NCBI GenBank assembly: GCA_950097015.1 | Contig: CATNEN010000003.1 | Location: forward strand, 7,812,001 to 7,876,000 | DNA length: 64,000 nt | DNA from: Macrostomum hystrix | Taxonomy: Eukaryota; Animalia; Platyhelminthes | Direction: 5' to 3' | Shown: in pieces, positions 27,010 to 38,600 of the stretch | Numbering within the stretch: position 1 is the stretch's first letter | Layout: every line of letters starts with the position of its first letter | Notes under the pieces: generated by a model | Seen by the model: the letters and a program-made list of their open reading frames with translations, nothing else | Database searches by the model: none | What the model was told of the DNA's origin: nothing | Program-made: the position numbers and the translations under genes

Positions 27010-28095
27010 GCAGATAAAATAGGGGCGGAAAATAGAAGATTAGTTAGCGGCGGATAAAAGGGGGTGGAAAATTGATGATTTGTTAGGGGCGGAAAATAGA
27101 TAATTGATTAGGGGCGGGTGAAAGGGGGCAGAAAATAGAAAATTGGTTAGGGGCGGATGAAAGGGGGCGGAAAATAGAAAATTGGTTAGGGGCGTATGAA
27201 AGGGTGGAAAATAGAAGATTGGTTAGGGGCGTATGAAAGGGGGCGGAAAATAGAAGATTGGTTAGGGGCGTATGAAAGGCGGCGGAAAATAGAAGATTGG
27301 ATAGGGGCGTATGAAAGGGGGCGGAAAATAGAAGATTGGTTAGGGGCGTATGAAAGGGGGCGGAAAATAGAAGATTGGTTAGGGGCGGATGAAAGGCGGC
27401 GGAAAATAGAAGATTGGATAGGGGCGTATGAAAGGGGGCGGAAAATAGAAGATTGGTTAGGGGCGTATGAAAGGGGGCGGAAAATAGAAGATTAGTTAGG
27501 GGCGGATAAAAGGGGGCGGAAATTGATGATTTGTTAGGGGCGGAAAATAGATAATTGGTTAGGGGCGGATTAAAGGGGGCGGAAAATAGATAATTGGTTA
27601 GGGGCGGATTAAAGGGGGCGGAAAATAGATAATTGGTTTAGGGGCGGATGAAAGGGGGCGGAAAAAAGAAGATTAGTTAGGGGCGGATGAAAGGGGCGGA
27701 AAATAGAAGATTAGTTAGGGGCGGATAAAAGGGGGCGGAAATTGATGATTTGTTAGGGGCGGAAAATAGATAATTGGTTAGGGGCGGATTAAAGGGGGCG
27801 GAAAATAGATAATTGGTTTAGGGGCGGATGAAAGGGGGCGGAAAATATAAAATTGGTTAGGGGCGTATGAAAGGGGGCGGAAAATAGAATATTGGTTTGG
27901 GGCGGGTGAAAGGGGGCAGAAAATAGATTATTGGTTAGGGGCGGATCAAAGGGGGGGAAATAGATGATTGGCTAGGGGCGGATGAAGGGGCGGATGAAGG
28001 GGGCAGAATTAAAATAGATGATTGGTTAGGGGCGGATGAAAGGGGGCGGAAAATAGAAAATTGGTTAGGGGCGTATGAAAGGGTGGAAAATAGAT
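27010..28095. repeat. 39-bp minisatellite (aaaatagaagattggttaggggcggatgaaagggggcgg) between SMG8 and SLC33A1
   Basis: Direct tandem repeat rich in GGGGCGG and ATTGG. Confidence 0.95.
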
Positions 28096-28979
28096 CAATA
28101 GGTCAAAAAGGGTAGAACCATTTTAAAAGAAGCTATAGCTAAGCAGAAATATTTTATAAATCAAAAGAATACAGCTGACTTAAAAAGTTACTGCTATTAT
28201 CAACATTTGGCGTTAAGGCGAACTTTATGTACTTGTTAAATACAATGTTATTCTCGTTTTATTGTTTCATACGTTTAGATTTGGCAATTGGATTCAATTT
28301 TTCATCTGGATTAGGAGAGATCCAAATCGTGACTATCACTTAAAATTATAAACAGCACTAATAAGTAGCTAATTGATTACTGAGAAAAATACCTATAATT
28401 ATAGTAAGTATTTATGCCTGACAGTACATATATCCGATGCAATAGAGCAGGACTTATTAAATAATAAGTAATTTCATTAGAAAAACTTTTAGATTAGATA
28501 ATCAACAGTTCTCGAGTAGGCCAATTTCAAAAACTCAAATAAGAGATAAAGCACAAACTTTCGATTTCGGTACATCTTTGATATTGATATGCGGGTGAAC
28601 AGCGAAAGAACTGGCGCAGTTAAATAGCACTGCACACAAGAATGTAAGAACTAAAGTACGCAAGAACTTTAGTACTCATGCACCCAAGTAAGGTCACAAT
28701 TGTTTACGCACAAACTTGATTACTAACGAACTTGAGTACGAACGAACTTGAGTACGCACGAACTTAAGAACGCACGAAAATGAGTACGCATAAAAATAAG
28801 TACGCACGAACTTGAGTACATGACACTAGAAAGTGAACGAATTAGGGTCCATGTGAACCTTAAAATTGAAACGAACAAGAACGCACCTAAAGAGCGCGTA
28901 AAAGTCCGCATTTTAAAAGTACATTTGCCTAAATGTTGCGTGCAACGATCGTGGCTGATGATGGAAAAATCTTTGCGAA

Positions 28980-31900
28980 TTATGTTATCTGAACAACGCT
29001 GATGCACTCGCGAACCAGGCGAGGCACGGCGGCCTCCGAGGCCTCCCTCGGTTGTCGATAAAGTACACGACGTCGCACATCTTCGTAGGCGAAGGGCAGG
29101 CGCAGCACCCAGAGATCACCGGGTCCTAGCGGAATCGGTTCCGCATTACCCGGACAAAACACCGGCGAGGCGTGGTCGCCGCTGCCGCTGCTGCTTGTAG
29201 CTGGCTGTACAGGATCAGCACTTCCGCCTTCCGCAGACGTCGGCGAAGCGACCGGGGTGGCGGCGGAGAATCGAACTCGCGGATGAAGTCGAATGCGTAT
29301 CGGTGCCTGCGGCGCCGCAACCCAGACGCGCATGAGCTGAGCGAATACGCCTTTGGTTTTGAAGCAATGGCACGGCAAGAACAGTGGCAGATCTTCGGTT
29401 AGAAGGCGTTGAACACCTTCTTTAACTTGGCTAGCCTGCATGGCGCCGCGCATCATCTGGCCGGGGCTTGCCACAAAGAATCTGTGACCAAACGGGCACT
29501 CGTGCTCAAATCCGATCCAAGCTTTGGCGGTTGGCTCTCGGCGACTGCTGCTGCCGCTGTTGGCACCTCGCCTCTGTTGCAATGCCTGCTGCTGCTGCTG
29601 TTGCTGTTGCAGCTGTTGTTGCTGCTGTTGCCACAGTTTACTAGCTACTGGCACATTCCATGGCAACAAATGATTAGAGCCGCTGGAGAAGCCAGGCTGG
29701 TTAATGCCATTGGCGTGACAGTAACTATTGTAACGACCAACGGATAGCAGAGACCAGCTTTGGACCAAAGGTAGGTAGCGCCCAATTAGATCCACAGTCA
29801 TCATGCCGTTCAGCGGTTTCATAGACGGCGCATCGGAAGCGGCAGTTAAACTGTCAGCATTAACGCCTGCGATTTTAACAACTTCACTTAGACTGACTTT
29901 GGAAATGGAATTGGTCGCTTCGTCGATTTCGTCCAAGGTCGCTTCGTCTGTGTTGCCAACAATGATGGGTAGGGCCAGGGGAGTTCGAACGGCGGGCGCA
30001 ACGGAGCTCGGCTGATCGAGCTCGGCGTCGCCCAGTTCAGGACTGCGCAACGGCGGCAGGAGCTCCCCGGTGGACAGGTCGGCGTCCGATTTCAGGTCGG
30101 TTTCTAAGAAACGATGTACAATCAGATGGCATTTGGGATTTAATAACGAGCTTAAGTATTTCGAAGTCGAATAGCTAAGCTAATAATATATCAGGGATTA
30201 AGGAATTATATCTTACGAAGAATTTTGAAGCGACTAGGGACTAGCCTACGATACGTGAGGGAAGGTCTAACGCGTTTGCCTCTCGCGCCAAGGTCCCTGA
30301 GCTTGCGGGCTTTTTAAGCAATTTACGCCCTTTGAGAGCCAACCTCCAAGGCACAGTGAGAGTGTTCATTCCCTGACGATGAGAATTTCAGGTCAGATGT
30401 ACACACCTGTGTGCAGTGACATGTGCTCGTGAGTCATTAAAGCTGCAGGTCAAGTATCTAGGGTAGCAAGATCAATGATTTAGATAAGGGAACGGTTTTG
30501 CAATTAATCATTATTAAAAAACCTTCAGCAGTGCCAGATCGGCGTTGAAACAAAGGCAGAGGCGTCATCTGATGCTGGCCGCAGCAGCTGTCCATTAGTC
30601 GGCCATAAAAGTGCACATTAGCCTCTTCCCAATTGAAAGGATCTGGACGGCCTTCAAGTAATCTGCCGCAGGAGCAGGCGGCGCGCATTGAAGTATAAGA
30701 TGAAGAATGATTCATAGCTGGCAGTAGGAGCTGATCAGTATTGACACTGCCGGGTAAACAGTGACGCTCATTAATGCACGGATGCGAAGTGACGCTGAGA
30801 GCTTCACACATCTGCCTACCGGACAGCCAGACGCTGTTGCAGCGGTCCTCCAATTCGGCCAGATATTTATCAGCGGCTGGTCCGCGAGCATTGTTCAGGA
30901 ATATCTGCTGAGCCTTGCGGATGCGCTCCTTGTGCACACGGTGGCTGTAGTGGGCCGGTAGGTTTTCGCGATAGACAGACTCGGCTAGGGGCAGGGCGCT
31001 GGCGCAACGAGTCTCAGAGAATTTGCGCACAATGTCGCATCTAGTTTTCAGGATTGGGGATATTTTTAAATTAACAGCGGGACTACAAAACCATTTTGCC
31101 GCCCGTTTTTATACCAAGACGGGGGTAATTACTCCCGTCAACGCAAGCAAACGAAACTCAAGAACACGGGCCAACTTTTTGTTGCGCATCTTCTGAAACA
31201 AGAACCAAGTTGCCGGCCCTTCAGACCGTTAAGATATTTAACGGTTCTGACCAAAGGTCAGATTTTTCCCATAAGCGCTAGTGTATTTTATACACCCCTA
31301 TACACGAATTAGCATTGCGCTTCAGTGCGGCCTTGTCAGGCCTTCAAAATTTATCAGTATGTCACTCGAATGTGCTTGCATCATCAGTAAGCACTTCGGT
31401 GCTTACTGACCTTTATCTAGACGGAGCTGCTGGACCTTCAACAAGTGGCACCAGCCGAACATGGACTGCCTTAAAATGGGACACAGGTCAACCACAGGAC
31501 CTTCGCCAAGTCTGTCAACCAATCAGTCACCACCCGACATCATCAGCACTGTCAGCAGAGTGCCTCCAGCTGGCTATGGAGTCCCTAAAGCGAATTTTCC
31601 TACTTTCGCTGATGAAGCCTCGATATTAGCCTAAACTCAACTATTTCTTGTTGAAGGTCAAGCAGCTCTGTCTAGATAAATGTGTGTGACCACCACCGAA
31701 GTCGGAGATGATGCAGGCACATTCGGGTGACGCGCTGATAAAGTTTGAAGGCCTGGCAAGGCCGCAATTGTTTCAGAAGATGCGCAACAAAAAGTTGGCC
31801 CGTGTTCTTGAGTTTCGTTTGCTTTCGTTGCTCTGTTCGGGTGCAGCAAAAAATTGTCAAGGGGGGGGAATTCCCCCCCTTGTTTGTTCTACTTTGAACA

Positions 31901-34490
31901 GTAGAAAGACCACTGCATATATTTTAAATACCCACATTTTTCAGTATCTCACAGAATATTCAACCAATCGCCATTAAAACAACTTACAGAATCACGAATT
32001 TTCACGAAATTCGGTTTTGGAGCTATCGTGAATCAGGCTTTATTATTAAACACAATGAAGTATAAACTATGATTTATCAAACATTTATTAAACGTCTAAC
32101 AGGTATGCTTCTCGCACCGAGGTCCCAGAGCTCGATTCCACGTCGAGGCCACATTAAATTGGGCTCAGTGGTGCAATTTACACCCTTGAGGGCCAACCTC
32201 CAAGGCACAGTGAGAGTGTACACTGCCTGACAAACGAGACAGTCAGGGCAGATGTACACATCCTGTGCGAGTCTGTGCTCAGGAGTTAGGTGAATCTCGT
32301 TAACCTCGTGAAAACTTAGGTTAAACTTACCTGGCTCTAAACTCGCTAAAAACTCGTTGCAAACCAGCATCAGCATCCGTCAGCATTAGATTGTACAGCT
32401 TGTGACAGATTTTAAACCAACTCTTAGCCGATGTCAATTCTAAACCGGCGCTACATTCAATCTGATCCATGTGACGCTGCAGAAATTTGGCAAACTCTTT
32501 TGTTTCTAAATTAGTGCCGCCGCTACCAATACTACTCATTGTTGACGATTCAGTAGTATCCGTCGGCGAAATAATTTCGTCTAGTTCAACAGAATCACTC
32601 TCCAATAAAGACTGGAAGACACGACTGGGCGAATCGGGCGCTGGTAAGCTGACGCAGCAGAAACCCCCGTCGGGTAGGCGACAGAGATTAGCAGCCTCTG
32701 GACCCGTGATGAGTTTGGCGCGCCGGAGAATCTAAGAATGGCGACAACAAAAAGTGAGGCATGTGTTGCAGAAACTACACTTATTATAAAAAATATACAG
32801 TTATTTATCTTTAAATTATATGTTTTCGTAAAAATAAATATATCCTAGCATTCGTTTCCGAACAGCACTGATTCAGTAACTTCTATTTATGTAAACGTCT
32901 ATTTCTGTACACTTTAGAATCTGTACACATTTCAGAATCTGTACACATTTTAGAATCTGTACACATTTCAGAATCTGTACACGCTTCAGAATCTGTACAC
33001 ATTTCAGAATCTGTACACATTTCAGAATCTGTACACGCTTCAGAATCTGTACACATTTCAGAATCTGTACACATTTCAGAATCTGTACACATTTCAGAAT
33101 CTGTACACGCTTCAGAATCTGTACACATTTCAGAATCTGTAAAAATTAGTTTTCCGTAAACATTTGTTTCCTGCACAAACATTTTTCCGCATTTTTTGTC
33201 CTTTCAAAATTTAAGAGCTCAATAGTTATAAGAATAGTAGCGAATCACAATCTCACCTGGTATACCTGCGATTGCAAACTATCAGCTAGTGTTCTCAAAT
33301 TTCTAGCATTCTCTTTGAGTCGATTAATCAACGGACTAGGACTCAATTGAAAGTGGAATAGGACAGCCGGACAAGCCGGCCTACCATTTGTCATCCAGTC
33401 GCGAGGCACCGGAAACGATCGATAAGCCTGACACAGCTGACCTATTAGTTGCTGACGAAGCTGCGAAACTAATTGCAGAGTGCGCGTCACTGCCGGATTG
33501 ACCTGGAACGGCGCGGATTCGAACTCGGGGACCTATTCGATTTTGAATTTCTTAACAGTAGAAATTAAGACCACGGGGAAGTGAAAAGTCCACCATATGG
33601 ATTAAAATTTTCCGCCCTTTAAGATGAACTAACTTTCGAGGCCGTCCGACGTCGAGATATTCACCGATTCTTATCAAAGACCTCGACAATGCCGATGTTT
33701 TGTAATTCCGGAAGTTCTTGCATCGAATAAAGCAGAAAATTTTAACCCGTGTTGTGAATCGACATGGCGGTTGGTTGAATATTTTAGGACCTGGTCTTCT
33801 ACTGCTAAGAGAACGTACTTAAAAACAAAGAGGATAAAAACCAACCTGAGTCCCAATGCAGTTAAACACAACAATATGCGACACAGAGAACACGTAGAGC
33901 AGTGCTCTAATATGCTCAAAATCAGCCGCTGTTAGTAGGGCCGCAATATTCGGCGTGTCTGGATCCGAATCGCGAATAAAATTTGAGCACAGCTGAGCAA
34001 GATGAGCCGGATCATTTGGGCCGGTAAGGCTTAGAAAAATAGCTTTTCGATCCGGACTATAATAGCCGTGCAATCTCACTAGCTGCTGCTGGGATTTCGA
34101 CTGGCGAGACTTTGACGCGCTATTGTCCTCGGATTTGTCGACAATATCAGCGTCGTCTGCCTGACTATCGACATCGGCTCCGCAGCAAAGCGGAGGCTGA
34201 AAAGCTGGTCGATCTAATAATTGCAGCTCCAATTGTAGAGTCTTAGTTGGACACAGACGCGGGTCTGTCCTGCCCACGAAGGCCACAACCCTTACCCGGG
34301 TGTCCCGGTTGGGTAGGCGACTAAAATCGAAATTAGGCGGCAACGGAAACCAACCAGCTTGACAGGGACTCGAAGCTGCCCACTTTGAAAAATGCGGCTG
34401 CTGCTGATCATGATGATGATAATGGTGATGATAATGCTGCTGCTGCTGCTGCTGCTGCCGAGGGTGTTGGCGATAATGGCGATATGATTC
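28980..34490 (-). CDS. SMG8: Nonsense-mediated decay factor SMG8. Exons 34490-33846, 33502-33257, 32731-32331, 31040-30523, 30103-28980
   Basis: Motifs ALLYVFSVSHIVV, GRPACPAVLFHF, QVYQILRRAKLI, KFSETRCASALPLAESVYRENLPAHY, VWLSGRQMCEALSVTSHPC, AACSCGR..RPDPF...EAN, WIGFEHECPFGHRFF, AQLMRVWV, WVLRLPFAY. Junction phases 0,0,2,1 are consistent. Confidence 0.93.
30255..30436 (+). mobile_element. Degenerate copy of the tRNA-derived SINE
   Basis: Shares taacgcgtttgcctctcgc..aaggtccct and aacctccaaggcacagtgagagtg with the full copy. Confidence 0.85.
31110..31885. mobile_element. Foldback/MITE-like element with long imperfect inverted repeats in SMG8 intron 3
   Basis: 31145-31200 is the reverse complement of 31769-31825; 31327-31445 pairs with 31647-31765; a G-run/AATT/C-run palindrome lies at each end. 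Confidence 0.8.
32095..32288 (+). mobile_element. Degenerate copy of the tRNA-derived SINE
   Basis: ctctcgcaccgaggtcccagagctcgattccacgtcgaggccacatt...cccttgagggccaacctccaaggcacagtgagagtgtacactgcctgac. Confidence 0.85.
32905..33140. repeat. 18-bp minisatellite (tcagaatctgtacacatt) in SMG8 intron 2
   Basis: Direct tandem repeat. Confidence 0.95.
33551..33810. mobile_element. Small MITE-like element in SMG8 intron 1
   Basis: Imperfect termini cttaacagtagaa..gacca / tggtcttctactgctaag; related sequence at ~31895-31980. Confidence 0.5.
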
Positions 34491-34519
34491 CTGGAAAATT
34501 CATCAAGAAGTGACTTAAT

Positions 34520-35000
34520 AAAAGGACCAGATGTGTGGGTAGGGGTAGCTAAATTGAAGAACCAAATTGGAGGGCAGAAGTATTTGAAGGACTAGATTGG
34601 ATGGTAGGGGTATTTGAAGGACCAGATTGGATGGTAGGGGTATTTGAAGGACCAGATTGGATGGTAGGGGTATTTGAAGGACCAGATTGGATGGTAGGGG
34701 TATTTGAAGGACCAGATTGGAGGGCAGAGGTATTTGAAGGACCAGATTGGAGGGCTGAGGTATTTGAAGGACCAGATTGGAGGGCAGAGGTATTTGAAGG
34801 ACCAGATTGGAGGGCAGAGGTATTTGAAGGACCAGATTGGAGGGCAGAGGTATTTGAAGGACCAGATTGGAGGGCAGAGGTATTTGAAGGACCAGATTGG
34901 AGGGCAGAGGTATTTGAAGGACCAGATTGGAGGGCAGAGGTATTTGAAGGACCAGATTGGAGGGCAGAGGTATTTGAACCACCAGATTGGAGGGTAGAGT
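34520..35000. repeat. 30-bp minisatellite (gtatttgaaggaccagattggagggcagag) immediately upstream of the first SMG8 coding exon
   Basis: Direct tandem repeat. Confidence 0.95.
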
Positions 35001-35677
35001 AAGTGTCTAGAAAGGCAAATTAAGTTCATATGAATATTAAATGAAATAAGTAAACAGGACACACACAGCTAACTTGTTACTAAACGTTTAATTTAGCGTG
35101 ATTTAAACAGCATACACTTTAATGTATAGTATACGCATAAAACAAGAAAAGTAACGTTAAGTTTTAGCAGTACTACTACAGAAAGTAGTAAAAACGCAAA
35201 TTACAAGAACACAACACGTCCACTGTGTTAAAAGTAAAGAAAAGTAGATAACGGCTATCGGGCTGTACATACCGGTATGTCAAATATAGATTTAGATGAA
35301 AATTGTGGCCAATCAAACATAATTTATGGCACGGACTGATTAATTCTCAAGTCCCAAATGTACAATAAGTATGTACACTGCTTGACAATGAGAAAATACA
35401 ATGACACATGTACATCCCTTCATTCACTCCTTTAACTATGCATATGAAGAAGTTGACATGAAAATTTAAGCGCATTAAATATGAATTAACCGTTTACAAC
35501 GAAGTTCAGTTAGATTTTTTTTTCAGCTGCCATAATGCGAGATGGAACATGTTATTTTTGCACAAATAACAGATTTAAGTATCATGTACAAATGAACAAA
35601 TGCGAGACTATTACATGAGAGTAAAAAATTATATGCAAATTGTATTGTCTATTTGATTAAATAACTAATGTAGACTA

Positions 35678-38600
35678 CTAGGAATCGACCTTGGCATCTT
35701 CACCAGGTTCGCCAACTAAAGAGCCAACAGCCTCAACTGGTGTGTCAGCAGCGCCTTTAGCTTCAACTTTTGCTCCGCCGGCGTCAGCATCGACGTTGGC
35801 CGCGCCGTCGTCGGCGTCCTCAGCGGCGGCGGCGGCAGTCTCAGCCAAATAAGGATAAGGCTTGCCAGTTACTTTGCAAAGATGCTCAATAGCCAATTGA
35901 TAGGCCTTCTTAATGCTAGTTCGCAAACGGCTACGTTTGGCATCGACTAGGCGCTCCTTGTCAATCTCGGTGCAGACGCCTAATAATTCAAGCTTGTCAG
36001 CCATCAGCCATTGCCAAGTGCGCTTCTGATCGAAGAATAATACTAGATAGTCTTCGCCGCGACTAGATTGTAATACGGAATCTGGAGGCACTGGTATTGG
36101 GACGCCATTCTGAACGTAGCCAGTCTTTGGCATATCCGGATCAATAATAAGACCCGGATAAGACGGATAGCCTCGACACTTGGCCCAGACTAGGTCCAAA
36201 GGTTTCACTGGACCGTCGCCGCTGCTAGTTGAACGCGACGGATTTCGGTTTCGGCTGGGATTGCTGAAGCGATTTTCGGGGGGGGGTGGGGTAGAGGATC
36301 AAGTAAGGACTTGTCTTTTTCAGCTTTCGTGTTTAAACTTACATTTCTCTAAAGTGCAATTTATTAACTCTCTAAACCTTTATCGTTTTCATAGTTATGG
36401 GTCGATCAAGGCCCATTTATTACTTATGTCACTTTAACAGACCTTTTTTAAAGAGATTGTAGATCAGAATTTTTTGCTCATCCTTGTGTGTTTACTTTTA
36501 ATTGTATCGTCAATTCCGTTCGTTTGATGCAATTGACTTTGTGCACATGAATTCGTCCGTTATACGGAATTACTTTTACCAACTATATTGATATATAAAG
36601 ATATATACCTTTTGTAAATTGATTTCGCAAAAAAACCAATTGATTTCCCCATTAGCTGAAGTCGAAAGCGAGGGCCCAACCAGCCTTCTCGAACATAGAT
36701 AAGTCCAAATGAATTCCCTTAAGTCCAATTGATTTCCCTCAATTCAATGATATAGTAATAAACGGCTATGAGTGCTGCAATGTTTTTAACCGAGGGCGCG
36801 TAGCGAAAACATTGCAGCACTCATAGCCGTTTATTATATCATTTTGCAGTCAAGTTTGAACTGCGGGCATTCAAATTAGACAAGAAGGGAAGAGCCAAAT
36901 TTCAGAATCCGTCCCCAAGTCAAGCAGAACTTTATGTCTGTGGCACAAACTGAAACACACTGACGGGCACTCAATTTAGACAACGGGCATTCAAATTAGA
37001 CAAGCAGCGGAAAGTCCATGTGTGCCAGAGAGAAAGACCATGGACAATCCGATTCGTCGCTATGCAAGAACTTCCAGAGAGAAGCGTGACCTCATTATTG
37101 GGGCATGCCAACGTGGTGACTCTGTGGCTGAAATTGCCAACATGTTGGATGTCAAGAGATCATCAGTGTACAACATCTGGAACAAGTTTGTTCAGGATGG
37201 CCAGCGATACGCGCTACCAAGGGGAGGAGCCAGGCACCGTCGAATGAATCCTGCAATGAAGGACCATCTGGCCGCCTTGTTGAATGCCAACCCTCTGATG
37301 ACACTCGGGAAAATGCGGGGAATCGCTTCTGTCTGAGTTTTCCGCAATACCAACGATTGACATTTCAACAGTCTCTCGAGCACTGGATGGACAACTTTTT
37401 TCGATGAAAATCCTGTCAAGAGATGGCGATGTACCTGAAGCGAGAAATTCGCATGAGGTCAAGCAAAGACGCGTTGAATTCGCCAACTGGCTCGTGGATT
37501 TGTCGGTCACGACTTGCCTGGTCCATTTAGATGAGACCGGCTACTGCCCCTGGACCCGGCGAACCAAGGGAAGGAGTCCGCGTGGAGCCAGGGTGAGACG
37601 GACTGTGCATACGCAGAGAAGTCCATCACTGAACATGATCATGGCCACGTCGCCGGCATTGAACCTCGTTCACTACAGACTGGATTCCGGTAGCACCACA
37701 CGTGAGAGAGTCCAGGAATTTGTGACCAACCTATGTGAAAAGATTGCAGAGAATCTGGAAGAGAACCATTCGTGCGTCATCGTGCTGGATGGTGCCCGCT
37801 TTCACCACGGATTGCAAATCCCGGAGGAGTGGGTTGGTCGAATTTAACTGAAGATCTTACCACCTTAATCTCCTTTCCTGAACCCAGTTGAACTGGCTCA
37901 CAGTGCCTTTAAATCAGCAGTCAAGAGGCAGCTGTCCAATCCTGAAGTTCAGAGAGAATTGGCTGTTCCGCCTCCTGACATGACTGCCGTTCAATGGAGA
38001 CTGATGGTGCTGCAGAGGTGCGGGGAAATCGCGATGGATGACGTGACTCCACTGAAGTGCGTTCACTGGTATCAGCACACGCTCCGCTTCATCCCACGCT
38101 GTCTGGCAAATGAAGACATCGTTTGAATTCTCTATCAGATGAGACTCTTGTTCATTGATGTGCTGAGCACCCTGTTTTGTTTGTTCACACATACTTACTT
38201 TGTTATAACTTGTTCTTATCTTCATAGTTCAGGGTTCACAGAATGGTTGTCTGACAACAGACGCAACACGATCTTGAATTGCCCAGCCAATGCGCCTGAG
38301 AACTTGTCTATTTTTGAATGCCCCTTGTCTAAATTGAGTGCCCACCAGTGTGATTTTGTCTTGACCATAGATAGCATTTGTGCCAGCAGTGAGATCTGGT
38401 CAAGCGTCTAATTTGAATGCCCGCAGTTCAAACTTGACTGCAAAATGCTATACTATATCATTGTATACTTTTGGACCACAGACAGTTGGGGCGTGCAACA
38501 ATCAGTCTCACGGAGCGGATATAGCCAGCGGTCTCGCGGGGCGTGCAGCAATCGATTATTTTGTCGATTGGTGCACGCCCGAAATGTCTATGGTCCAAAA

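Larger units (their letters stand above)
36745..38463 (+). mobile_element. IS630/Tc1-like transposon (element B) nested in element A
   Basis: TIR caatgatatagtata(t/g)cattttgcagtcaagtttgaactgcgggcattcaaattagac at both ends; right end followed by TA. Confidence 0.85.
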
